Positions 56,499 through 64,000 of a stretch of 64,000 bases of DNA are shown here, one piece after another. Under the pieces are notes generated by a model that made no database searches, was not told the DNA's origin, and saw only the letters and a list, made by a program, of their open reading frames with translations. Source of the stretch: Candidatus Omnitrophota bacterium (lineage in GTDB: Bacteria; Omnitrophota; Omnitrophia; Omnitrophales; JACQLI01); contig JACPCP010000014.1 of assembly GCA_016179745.1 (NCBI GenBank), positions 751 to 64,750 on the forward strand. Direction: 5' to 3'. Each line of letters opens with the position of its first letter. Position 1 is the first letter of the stretch. A program made the position numbers and the translations under genes.

Positions 56499-57584
56499 AT
56501 GCTGAAAAAGCACCGCACGCCCTTGATGATCATCCGGAGGAACGTGCTCGAGCGGCAATTCCAGCTCTTCCGGAAATGCCTCCCCCAGGTCACGCCCTAT
56601 TACGCCATCAAGGCCAATCCCCACCCGGACATCCTTCGGGCCTTCATCGAGATGGGGGCCTCGTTTGATGTGGCGAGCGCCTGGGAAATGAAACAGGTCT
56701 TGCGGCTCGGGGCGGCCCCCAACCGGATTATCTTTGCCAATACGATTAAAAGTGTCGACGATCTCATCTCGGCCCGGAGGTCCCGGGTGAGGCTTATGAC
56801 CTTTGACAGCGAGCCCGAGCTTTATAAAATTTCAGAGCACTACCCGGGCGCCCACGTCCTTCTGAGGATCAAGGTCGCAAATCGCGGCAGCACGGTCAAT
56901 CTTTCGCTCAAATTCGGGGCGGACGCCGAAAACGCCTTCGGGCTCCTGCGCAAAGCCAAATCCCTCGGCCTCGTCCCCCTCGGGATCAGTTTTCACGTCG
57001 GCTCGCAGGCCAAGAACGTGGAAAATTATCTCCAGGCCCTTGAAATCACCTCCGGAATTTTCAGTGAGGCCGGGCGAAAAGGGATCCTCCTCAAGACGGT
57101 CGATCTCGGCGGGGGGTTTCCGATCCAGCACTTTGAGGGAGAGATGGGGATCAATTTCGAGCGGATGACCTCGCAGATCCGGAAGCAAATCCGCAAGCTC
57201 TTTGACGAGAAGACCGAGTTCATTGCCGAGCCGGGAAGGTTTTTGGTGGGGCCGGCCGGAGTCCTCGTCACGCAGGTGATCGGAAGGACCTTTCGAAACA
57301 ACAAGAACTATTACTACTTAAACGACGGCATCTACGGCGACTTCTCGGGGATGGTCTTTGACCACTGCACCTATGAATTCAGGACCCTCCGGCGGGGTCA
57401 GAAATATCTGAGCGCCCTGGCCGGTCCCACCTGCGATTCCTTTGACACACTCTCAACCGATGCGGAGGTTCCCGAGCTTTATGTTAACGATGCGGTCTAC
57501 GTGAAAAATATCGGCGCCTACTCCTCGTGCTCTGCCGCCGCCAACTTCAACGGTTTCCCCCCCGCCAAAACCGTTTTGGTTTAA
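56499..57584 (+). CDS. PLP-dependent ornithine/lysine decarboxylase (alanine-racemase-fold, group IV)
   Basis: YAIKANP (PLP lysine), DLGGGFP and GPTCDSFD motifs. The start is uncertain: ATG 56499, or ATG 56403 which overlaps hss. Confidence 0.82.
   Translation: MLKKHRTPLMIIRRNVLERQFQLFRKCLPQVTPYYAIKANPHPDILRAFIEMGASFDVASAWEMKQVLRLGAAPNRIIFANTIKSVDDLISARRSRVRLMTFDSEPELYKISEHYPGAHVLLRIKVANRGSTVNLSLKFGADAENAFGLLRKAKSLGLVPLGISFHVGSQAKNVENYLQALEITSGIFSEAGRKGILLKTVDLGGGFPIQHFEGEMGINFERMTSQIRKQIRKLFDEKTEFIAEPGRFLVGPAGVLVTQVIGRTFRNNKNYYYLNDGIYGDFSGMVFDHCTYEFRTLRRGQKYLSALAGPTCDSFDTLSTDAEVPELYVNDAVYVKNIGAYSSCSAAANFNGFPPAKTVLV
57562..57582 (+). repeat. Direct repeat copy 1 (actual 3' end of the decarboxylase gene)
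   Basis: ccgccaaaaCcgttttggttt; 20 of 21 nt identical to 58419-58439. Confidence 0.75.
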
Positions 57585-57608
57585 TAACCGGACGGCGTCC
57601 AGTTAACG

Positions 57609-57645
57609 GAGGTGGTCGCAATTTTCGACCACCTCAGCCTTTTCC
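57609..57645. terminator. Hairpin between convergent genes (likely bidirectional terminator)
   Basis: 10-bp stem GAGGTGGTCG / CGACCACCTC (57609-57618 / 57626-57635), followed by AGCCTTTTCC. Confidence 0.55.
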
Positions 57646-57661
57646 AACGTGCGTCACTTCG

Positions 57662-58195
57662 TCAATCTGTAGAGCCTATCGTGCCCTCCAACTTTGAAGG
57701 ATCTGCAAGCTCGTAGATCCGGTCAAAGATGTCTTGGATGCCCTTGTCATGTTTGGCGATTTTATTTTCAAGCTCGGCAAGTTTGGCCGTAAGCGCCCGA
57801 TGAGTTGAGGCCATTTCACGAAGCCTCACGAAGGCCCGCATAATCGCGATATTCACCTGAATCGCCCGCCGGCTATTCAAAACGCTTGAGAGCATCGCCA
57901 CGCCCTGTTCCGTAAAGGCATAGGGAAGATACTTTCGGTGCCGGCCTCTACCCCCTTTTTTTAAGGTCACAATTTGTGACCTTAAAGCTTCGGTGTCCGT
58001 TTTGGACAGCTGATCCATGAAATCGGCAGGGAAACGTATTCGATTCCTTTTTACTCCTTGGACAAGAACCTTGGTCGGAACACCGTACAACTCAGCCAGA
58101 TCAGAATCCAACATGACCCGTTGGCCACGAACCAGGTAGATACGATGTTCAACCGTCTCAACAGGAACAAGCGACTTTGAGCTTGATTTTTTCAC
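57662..58195 (-). CDS. ORF6N (KilA-N-like) DNA-binding domain protein
   Basis: AAGGAGGG RBS 7 nt before GTG 58195. IYLVRGQRVMLDSDLAELYGV...FTEQGVAMLSSVLNS..AIQVNIAIMRAF, typical of the ORF6N domain. Confidence 0.78.
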   Translation of the reverse strand: MKKSSSKSLVPVETVEHRIYLVRGQRVMLDSDLAELYGVPTKVLVQGVKRNRIRFPADFMDQLSKTDTEALRSQIVTLKKGGRGRHRKYLPYAFTEQGVAMLSSVLNSRRAIQVNIAIMRAFVRLREMASTHRALTAKLAELENKIAKHDKGIQDIFDRIYELADPSKLEGTIGSTD

Positions 58196-58418
58196 AGTAG
58201 AACCCTCCTTTTTAGTTTGGAGGGAGAGGCGGGGTGGCCGACTTTTACATACTGACGCCGGTTGCGTCAGTGCCGTCACGCAAGGACTAAGGAAGTCCTT
58301 TGCGTTCCAGAGGGACGAAGCGGCCGGGGAAGCCGCAACGCCCGCAACCCTGTAGTTGAAATTCTGAAAACGGATTGTAACAAAACTTCTAACGGGAGAG
58401 TAAACCTTTTTCTCGCCG

Positions 58419-58439
58419 CCGCCAAAATCGTTTTGGTTT
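58419..58439 (+). repeat. Direct repeat copy 2 (relic gene end)
   Basis: ccgccaaaaTcgttttggttt. Further similarity continues on both sides (ggacggtcc at 58450-58458 versus ggacggcgtcc at 57590-57600). Confidence 0.75.
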
Positions 58440-58471
58440 GGGAAATTTAGGACGGTCCTATTTTCAATTTC

Positions 58472-59017
58472 CTACGTGATCAAGACGGCGGCGGCGAGGA
58501 CCGTGGTCCATTTGCCGTTCTTGTCCCCCCGGGCGCTTTGGGTGGCGGCTGTGGTCTTCACGATCTCGTTGGAGATTTTCCAGATTTCCTTTTTGCGGTC
58601 GTAACTCGAATTGGGATTGAACTTCACGCCGAGAATCGTGGCGAGCATGCTCGCCGCCAGATCCTCCGCATAATCGTTCGTGTGCTCCTCGGTCCAGCCG
58701 AAGGAGTGGTGCTCGGACAGGTAACCGTATTGCTCGGGCTTTTTGGGGATCGCAATCCCCACCGACGCCGCAATCAGGCGGTTCGGCTCATTGGTGGAGT
58801 TTTCGCTCACGACACAATAGAGGATCTGCCCTGGGGTCAGGTATTTGAGGCCCGCCTCCCGGGAGATCAGTTTGCACTGCGGAGGGTAGATGCTGGAGAC
58901 CCGGACAATGTTGAAGGGCGCAATCTCGGCGTCCCGGAGGGCCAGCTCAAAACTCGAAAGCTTCTCCTTGTGAACGCCGACGCCTTTGGTGATGAAAATT
59001 TTCTTGGGTAGAAACAT
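58472..59017 (-). CDS. pdaD: Pyruvoyl-dependent arginine decarboxylase
   Basis: 181 aa; MFLPKKIFITKGVG... and the self-cleavage site VRVSS-IYPP typical of PvlArgDC. Confidence 0.85.
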   Translation of the reverse strand: MFLPKKIFITKGVGVHKEKLSSFELALRDAEIAPFNIVRVSSIYPPQCKLISREAGLKYLTPGQILYCVVSENSTNEPNRLIAASVGIAIPKKPEQYGYLSEHHSFGWTEEHTNDYAEDLAASMLATILGVKFNPNSSYDRKKEIWKISNEIVKTTAATQSARGDKNGKWTTVLAAAVLIT

Positions 59018-59045
59018 GTCTCCTGTGAACCCTCCTTGTGATCTT

Positions 59046-59864
59046 TTATCTTTGGCAGCGGGGACAAAAAGAGCTCGATCGCCCCGAAAGCTTTATCTTT
59101 CGAATGGGCGTCCCGCAGCTTTCGCAATCCTCTCCAGATCTGCCGTAGACTTTGTGAAACGCTTGAAAGCTCCCCCTTTGGCCGTCCAAATGGCGGTAAT
59201 CGTCAATGGTGGAGCCGCCGTGCCGGCAAGCCTCCTCCAGCACCTCACAGATGGCCGAATGCAGACGAACAAGCCTTTGCCGGGCGATCCGCTCGCCCGC
59301 TCGAAAGGGGTGGATGCCGGCCCGGTGAAGCGATTCGTCCGCATAAATATTCCCGAGTCCCGCCATCAGACGCTGGTTCAAAAGAAGATTTTTGATCCGT
59401 CCCCGCCTTGAGCGGATCTCGGAAGCAAACTCCTCCCGCCCCCACTCCCGGGGCTCGGGGCCGAGCCGCTCGACCGACTTCAAAATCCGCTCGCCCCGGT
59501 AAGGCGTTAAGGCCACCCGCCCGAAACGGCGGGGGTCCCTGAAAATAAGCCTTTGGTGGGTGCCCCCAAGGGAGAGAATAAAGTGGGTGTGCGGTTTTAA
59601 AGGGCCGACGGCATTTTCCAGAAGGAGCTGGCCGGTCATCCCCAGATGAAACCAGAGCGAGAAGCCTTCGGGAAGAAAAATCCGGATGAATTTTCCCCGT
59701 CTTTGGATTTGGAGGATTTTTTTTCCGGGAAGATTTCTTTTGATCCAAAATGACGGGGTCCGAAGGATGTCCTCATTCCGAATTTCGACGCCCGAGATTT
59801 CCCTCTTCTCAAGGGCCTGTTCTAATTCCAAAACCAGATTTTCAACCTCGGGAAGTTCCGGCAT
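59046..59864 (-). CDS. mutM: Formamidopyrimidine-DNA glycosylase
   Basis: 272 aa; N-terminal MPELPEVE; C-terminal CxxC-x16-CxxC zinc finger. Confidence 0.92.
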   Translation of the reverse strand: MPELPEVENLVLELEQALEKREISGVEIRNEDILRTPSFWIKRNLPGKKILQIQRRGKFIRIFLPEGFSLWFHLGMTGQLLLENAVGPLKPHTHFILSLGGTHQRLIFRDPRRFGRVALTPYRGERILKSVERLGPEPREWGREEFASEIRSRRGRIKNLLLNQRLMAGLGNIYADESLHRAGIHPFRAGERIARQRLVRLHSAICEVLEEACRHGGSTIDDYRHLDGQRGSFQAFHKVYGRSGEDCESCGTPIRKIKLSGRSSSFCPRCQR

Positions 59865-59867
59865 TTC

Positions 59868-60269
59868 TCAGCGGGAAGCGCCGGCAAGGGGCCGCCTCTC
59901 AAAAAGCCCTCCCCGAAGCGGGTGATAAAACTGGATCTCCTTCTCGCCCCGGCGCCAGCAGTAATAAATCATCTTCTCCCCCTCTTTCGCCAGAAAATCC
60001 ACAAGTCCACGCCGGACGTGGCGGAGCACACAGCCCAGGCCCTGAATCTTCTCCATTGATTTTGCCAATTCCTCCAGGGTCTTCTCGAGCTCCTGAAACT
60101 TCGTCTCGGGCAGCCGTGCCTCCTCCACGAGCTCCTCGAAAAAAAGCTCATCGTGGAGCCGGTCGAAGGAATGCTGTTTTTCCTCCAGCTCGGCCAGAAA
60201 GGTCTCCAGCTGCGGGACCAGGGAATTGGCCTCTTCCAGTTGAAAGACTTTCGGACGGGATGTGTTCAA
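59868..60269 (-). CDS. DUF2203-like protein
   Basis: 133 aa; FQLEEANSLVPQLETFL...GLVDF...YYCWRRGE pattern resembling DUF2203. Confidence 0.6.
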   Translation of the reverse strand: MNTSRPKVFQLEEANSLVPQLETFLAELEEKQHSFDRLHDELFFEELVEEARLPETKFQELEKTLEELAKSMEKIQGLGCVLRHVRRGLVDFLAKEGEKMIYYCWRRGEKEIQFYHPLRGGLFERRPLAGASR

Positions 60270-60271
60270 AA

Positions 60272-61660
60272 TTACCGGTCCACTTCAATCTCACCGGCCA
60301 CGGTCGGGACCAGGCCCCCGCCCCGGGCCACATTGATGACGCTCTCGTCACTCAGACGGGAAAGGCTCCCCGCCAGCTTGGAGCCGCACACGAGGCAATT
60401 CAAATTGATCTTCTTGTAGCCGAGCTCAAGCTTCCGGTTGACCACCACGGGCACCGAGAAAATGGGGATATTGACGAACTCCTGCACCACGTATTCCCCT
60501 TTCACCGCACGGTCAATCGCCTGGTTCCAATCCTCATCCTTGGTCTCACGGCCGATCACAACGCCCTTGCCGCCATAGCCCAGGGAGGGTTTCAGGATCA
60601 GCGTTTCCTTTTCGTCCTTCAGAAAATCGATCAGATAAATTTTTTTCCCGCCGTAGAACTTGTCGGCATCAATCAAGCGGCGGGTCCAGGGCAGATGGAG
60701 CCGCTTCATTAAATTTTCTTCCTCGGTGAAGAAGTGGTCGTATTCGGGATTGGTCAGGATCGACAGAAGCGCCTTCGTGCTGCCGAGACGGGAGCGGAGG
60801 GGGTTGATCACGCAAACGGCCTTGTCCCGGTAAGCCTGGAGAAAATCACGGATCTCCTCCCGGTGCTCCAGGAGCTCGTCAAAGATGGTCCGCCGGTAGA
60901 TCAGGTGGACCCTGAAATTTTTGTGGTAGAGCTTGCCCCCTTTGTAGGTGAGCTCCCTCGGATCGGCGATCGTGGTCTTGTAGCCCTTGGCCTCAAAATG
61001 TTCCTTGAAGAGTTCAAACTCGGGCCGGGTCCGGACCGTCCGCCAGTCGACGATCGCAATGTTGGGCGTCTCGTAACCGCCGAATTCCTCCCACACCTCC
61101 AGAAGGGTCGCCAGGACCCGCTCCCGGCGGGACTCCCGTTTGACGGCATATTCGGAGAAAAATCCGGCCAGAATTTTTTCTTCAAAGAGCCTGTCTTCCA
61201 GGGCGTCGGCATAACCCGCCCCGGCCGGGGCATCACAATTAAATTCGATGATTTTAAACGACTCCCCTTCGAGAAAAGCGTCGAAGCGGGTCAGGATCAC
61301 GTTGCGGGGATAGCCGGGGTCGATTTCGACCAGCTCGGCCGCCTCCGGGCTCAATTGAAAATAATGGCGGAGCTGGGGGTGGTCAAAATAAAGCCGGGTC
61401 GCCGTGTTGACGATTTCCATCATCACGCTGTTGACCCGCCTCAGGAGGTGCTCCTGTTTGGGGCTTAAGAGGTGGGGCTTGTAGAAGGTTGGGATCGTAA
61501 AACGGCCGAATTTGACGGGGCCCTGGGCAAGCCGGTTTTGAAAATTCTCGATGGCCTCCACCGCCTCCCTCCCCTGGGCCAGGAGGTGCTGGTCGTAAAG
61601 GTAATCGAGGTTCCGGCCGGTGGGGCCTTGCGTTAAGGTGGGGGTCGTGCGGTCGCTCAA
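60272..61660 (-). CDS. ATP-grasp-superfamily ligase (circularly permuted / glutathionylspermidine-synthase-like)
   Basis: 462 aa; ILTRFDAFLEGESFKIIEFNCDAPAGAGY resembles the R-x-D...(E)-x-N-x-D-x-P block of the GspS-like / CP-ATP-grasp families. Confidence 0.55.
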   Translation of the reverse strand: MSDRTTPTLTQGPTGRNLDYLYDQHLLAQGREAVEAIENFQNRLAQGPVKFGRFTIPTFYKPHLLSPKQEHLLRRVNSVMMEIVNTATRLYFDHPQLRHYFQLSPEAAELVEIDPGYPRNVILTRFDAFLEGESFKIIEFNCDAPAGAGYADALEDRLFEEKILAGFFSEYAVKRESRRERVLATLLEVWEEFGGYETPNIAIVDWRTVRTRPEFELFKEHFEAKGYKTTIADPRELTYKGGKLYHKNFRVHLIYRRTIFDELLEHREEIRDFLQAYRDKAVCVINPLRSRLGSTKALLSILTNPEYDHFFTEEENLMKRLHLPWTRRLIDADKFYGGKKIYLIDFLKDEKETLILKPSLGYGGKGVVIGRETKDEDWNQAIDRAVKGEYVVQEFVNIPIFSVPVVVNRKLELGYKKINLNCLVCGSKLAGSLSRLSDESVINVARGGGLVPTVAGEIEVDR

Positions 61661-61712
61661 GGTTTCATTCTCCTCGGGAAAAGTATATCCTTCCTTCCCG
61701 CTTTCCTCAAAC

Positions 61713-62591
61713 TCATTTTCTTTTTTTGAGGACCTCGGTCACGGCCTCGCCGATCCGGGCCGGAGATTCTGCGACCCGGACCCCCGCCGCCTCAAGCCGG
61801 CGGATCTTGTCCTGGGCCCGCTCGGAACTTCCGCCGATGATCGCCCCGGCGTGGCCCATCCGTTTCCCCGGCGGTGCGGTGCAGCCGGCGACAAAGGCCG
61901 CAACCGGCTTTGAAATTTTCTTTTCAATCATCCCGGCCGCCTCCTCCTCGGCGCTCCCGCCGATCTCCCCGATGAGAAGAATGGCTTCTGTCCCGGGGTC
62001 CTTTTCAAAAAGCTCCAAGGCGTCCGTGAAGGTCGTGCCAACGATTGTATCGCCGCCGATCCCGATGCAGGTGGATTGGCCGATCCCCCGGGAGGTCAGC
62101 TGCCAAACGGCCTCGTAAGTCAGCGTGCCGCTCCTGGAAATGACGCCGACCGGTCCCCGCTTGTGAATGGCGCCCGGCATGATCCCGATTTTGCATTCCT
62201 CCGGCGTGATGATCCCCGGGCAGTTGGGACCGATCAATCGGGTCTTCGTCCCTCTGAGCTCTTCTTTGATTCGGGACATCTCAAGCGCCGGGATCCCTTC
62301 GGTAATACACACCACAAGCTGAATCCCGGACGCCGCTGCCTCCCGAATAGCATCGGCTGCAAATTTCTCCGGGACGTAAATCACAGAGGCCTCGGCCCCG
62401 GTTTCACGGACGGCCTCTTTGACGCTGTTAAACACCGGAACACCCTCAACCCGTTCGCCCCCCTTGCCGGGCGTCACGCCGCCAACCACCTTCGTTCCAT
62501 ATTCCAGCATCTGCTTCGTGTGAAAGGAACCGTGGGAGCCAGTGATCCCCTGAACCAGGACCCGAGTGTTCCGATTAATGAGAACGGACAT
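61713..62591 (-). CDS. sucD: Succinyl-CoA ligase alpha subunit
   Basis: 292 aa; phosphohistidine loop RMGHAGAII. Confidence 0.92.
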   Translation of the reverse strand: MSVLINRNTRVLVQGITGSHGSFHTKQMLEYGTKVVGGVTPGKGGERVEGVPVFNSVKEAVRETGAEASVIYVPEKFAADAIREAAASGIQLVVCITEGIPALEMSRIKEELRGTKTRLIGPNCPGIITPEECKIGIMPGAIHKRGPVGVISRSGTLTYEAVWQLTSRGIGQSTCIGIGGDTIVGTTFTDALELFEKDPGTEAILLIGEIGGSAEEEAAGMIEKKISKPVAAFVAGCTAPPGKRMGHAGAIIGGSSERAQDKIRRLEAAGVRVAESPARIGEAVTEVLKKRK

Positions 62592-63741
62592 AAGAGACCG
62601 CCTTCTCGGCCGCTTCTTCCAAACTTTCTGCGGGGGTAATTTGAAGACCTGATTTTTTCAGGAGGGCCCTTCCCTCCTCCGCCTGGGTTCCGGCCAACCG
62701 CACAATGAGGGGGACTTTGAGATCGGCTTCCTTCACCGCCGCCAGAATTCCCTCGGCAATCACGTCGCAACGCATGATGCCGCCAAAAATATTCACCAGG
62801 ATGGCTTTGACCTTGGGATCGGCGAGGATGATTTTAAAGGCGGCGGCGACCTTCTCCTGGCTCGCCCCGCCCCCGACGTCGAGGAAATTGGCCGGCTCCC
62901 CGCCCGCCAATTTGATCAGATCCATCGTGGCCATCGCAAGGCCGGCCCCATTCACCAAACAACCGATATTTCCGCCGAGGCCGACGTAGCTCAGGTCAAA
63001 CTTCCGGGCCTCGGTCTCCCGGGGGTCCTCCTGGCGGGAATCGTAAAGTTTTGAAAGCTCCGGATGCCGGACGAGTCCGTTGTCGTCGAGACGGATCTTG
63101 GCGTCGACGGCCAGGAATTCGCCGCCGGGGGTCTTCGCCAGCGGGTTCACCTCCACGAGGCTGGCGTCGGTTTCGAGGAACACCTTCGTGAGGGCCGCAA
63201 GAATCCCCGAGAGCCGTTTTTTGTCACGGGCGTCCAACGGGGTCCCCGAAAGAAAAGTTTCTGCCTCAGCGGCGGTCAACGGAGAAAAAGGCGAAAAGAC
63301 CTTTTTTAGAATCGCTTCGGGGGATTTCCGGGCCACTTCTTCAATTTCCATTCCGCCCGAGGCCGAAAAGATCAAACAGGGTTTTTCCCGGGAGCGGTCG
63401 AGGAGGACGGCGGCGTAAAACTCTTTGGCAATTTCGGTTTGGACCTGGATCAAAACTTGATCGACAGGCTGGCCGTCGGGGCCGGTCTGGGGAGTCTGGA
63501 GCCTTCGCCCCAAGATTTTTTGGGCCCCCTCCCGGACGCCCTGAAGGCCCTCGACCAAAAGGACGCCGCCCGCCTTGCCCCGGCCTCCGGCGTGGATCTG
63601 GGCCTTCACAACAAACTTTTCGCCGCCGAGCCGGCCGGCCGCTTTTTCAGCCTCGTCCGCACTCTGGACCGCCTCCCCTTTAGGAATGGGAATCCCAAAC
63701 CGGCCCAGAATCTCCTTGGCCTGATATTCGTGGAGATTCAT
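62575..63741 (-). CDS. sucC: Succinyl-CoA ligase beta subunit
   Basis: 388 aa; [13 protein letters not shown]-terminus, ATP-grasp. Confidence 0.92.
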   Translation of the reverse strand: MNLHEYQAKEILGRFGIPIPKGEAVQSADEAEKAAGRLGGEKFVVKAQIHAGGRGKAGGVLLVEGLQGVREGAQKILGRRLQTPQTGPDGQPVDQVLIQVQTEIAKEFYAAVLLDRSREKPCLIFSASGGMEIEEVARKSPEAILKKVFSPFSPLTAAEAETFLSGTPLDARDKKRLSGILAALTKVFLETDASLVEVNPLAKTPGGEFLAVDAKIRLDDNGLVRHPELSKLYDSRQEDPRETEARKFDLSYVGLGGNIGCLVNGAGLAMATMDLIKLAGGEPANFLDVGGGASQEKVAAAFKIILADPKVKAILVNIFGGIMRCDVIAEGILAAVKEADLKVPLIVRLAGTQAEEGRALLKKSGLQITPAESLEEAAEKAVSYVRSH

Positions 63742-63744
63742 CGA

Positions 63745-64000
63745 CTACGTTCGTTGTTCGATGGGAAGGTAGGATTGGTTGACGGGGCCGATATAAGAGG
63801 CTTCCGGGCGGATGAGACGGTTGTTGTCCAGCTGTTCGATCACATGCGCCGTCCAGCCGGCCACCCGGCTCATCGCAAAGATCGTCGTGAAAAAATCCAC
63901 CGGGATCCCGAGGACGTAGAGGACCAGGGAAGAATAAAAATCGACATTGGGCAGAATCGGCTTCTCCTCCTGGACGGCCTTTTCAATCGCCTCAGCCACC
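63745..64000 (-). CDS. gltA: Citrate synthase family protein, C-terminal fragment (5' part outside the window)
   Basis: ...NVDFYSSLVLYVLGIP...FAMSRVAGWTAHVIEQL...LIRP..SYIGP, typical citrate-synthase C-terminus. Confidence 0.82.
   Translation of the reverse strand, partial: VAEAIEKAVQEEKPILPNVDFYSSLVLYVLGIPVDFFTTIFAMSRVAGWTAHVIEQLDNNRLIRPEASYIGPVNQSYLPIEQRT

Larger units (their letters stand above)
57583..58418. mobile_element. ~0.85-kb inserted cassette (ORF6N gene, terminator hairpin, structured leader) bracketed by the duplicated gene 3' end; no integrase present
   Basis: Flanked by the 21-nt direct repeats. The distal copy still reads as a decayed decarboxylase C-terminus (..AAAKIVLVWEI* versus ..PPAKTVLV*). 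Confidence 0.45.

Noticed and set aside
57961-57985. Perfect 11-bp inverted repeat TTAAGGTCACA-att-TGTGACCTTAA inside the ORF6N gene
   Set aside because: It falls in the conserved ...LRSQIVTLKKG... coding segment of the ORF6N domain. It could be a binding site, but I have no independent support, so I treat it as coding sequence.
58262-58450. 62-aa plus-strand ORF downstream of the ORF6N gene
   Set aside because: Its C-terminus is the decayed duplicate of the decarboxylase gene end, and the rest is hairpin-rich leader sequence. I interpret it as a relic, not a gene.
61713-64000. The citrate-synthase-like gene followed by sucC/sucD could be citryl-CoA lyase plus citryl-CoA synthetase of a reverse TCA cycle
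   Set aside because: The two ligase subunits have ordinary SucC/SucD lengths and motifs (388 and 292 aa, [16 protein letters not shown]). The visible C-terminus matches ordinary citrate synthase. The 5' part is outside the window, so this cannot be excluded, but nothing supports it.

Overview
This is a 64-kb segment of a moderately GC-rich bacterial chromosome. I cannot assign the lineage from sequence alone. It carries about 60 protein genes, mostly on the minus strand and tightly packed, with many 4-nt start/stop overlaps.

Main blocks:
1. 1-5888: one giant minus-strand ORF of more than 1,960 codons. It runs off the left edge and is NOT in the supplied ORF track. It has a signal peptide, an embedded M50-like HExxH core and an in-frame copy of a palindromic repeat.
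2. acs and a REC-GGDEF-HD-GYP regulator.
3. Tetrapyrrole cluster: hemB, cobA/hemD, hemC, hemA, a ccsA-like gene and a precorrin-2 dehydrogenase-like gene.
4. panB plus C1-tetrahydrofolate genes (metF, folD, fchA-like).
5. An AT-rich two-gene nucleotidyltransferase module.
6. An overlapping GT2 / SplB-like radical-SAM pair.
7. A nine-gene Cus-type copper efflux operon behind a canonical CsoR operator, with unusual Cys-rich and His-rich periplasmic accessory proteins.
8. A MarR-OMP-RND operon with no adaptor gene.
9. An RNA m5C methyltransferase, aroD, and nrdJ with tandem NrdR boxes. Upstream of nrdJ lies a promoter-to-terminator non-coding unit (candidate 6S-like sRNA).
10. mnmE-folC-purH-pabC-[vapBC]-pabB, with pabB frameshifted in a homopolymer run.
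11. hflKC and a DUF1015 gene.
12. An inositol-phosphate synthase / CDP-alcohol transferase pair, and polyamine genes (hss, ODC-like, pdaD) interrupted by an ORF6N cassette flanked by a duplicated gene 3' end.
13. mutM, a DUF2203-like gene, an ATP-grasp gene, sucDC and gltA (partial).

I saw no rRNA, tRNA or CRISPR array.

Many long ORFs in the track are antisense shadows of real genes. Others are over-extended at the 5' end, because the track takes the longest ORF and accepts alternative start codons. All family calls rest on motifs I read by eye, with no database search, so product names are hypotheses of varying strength.
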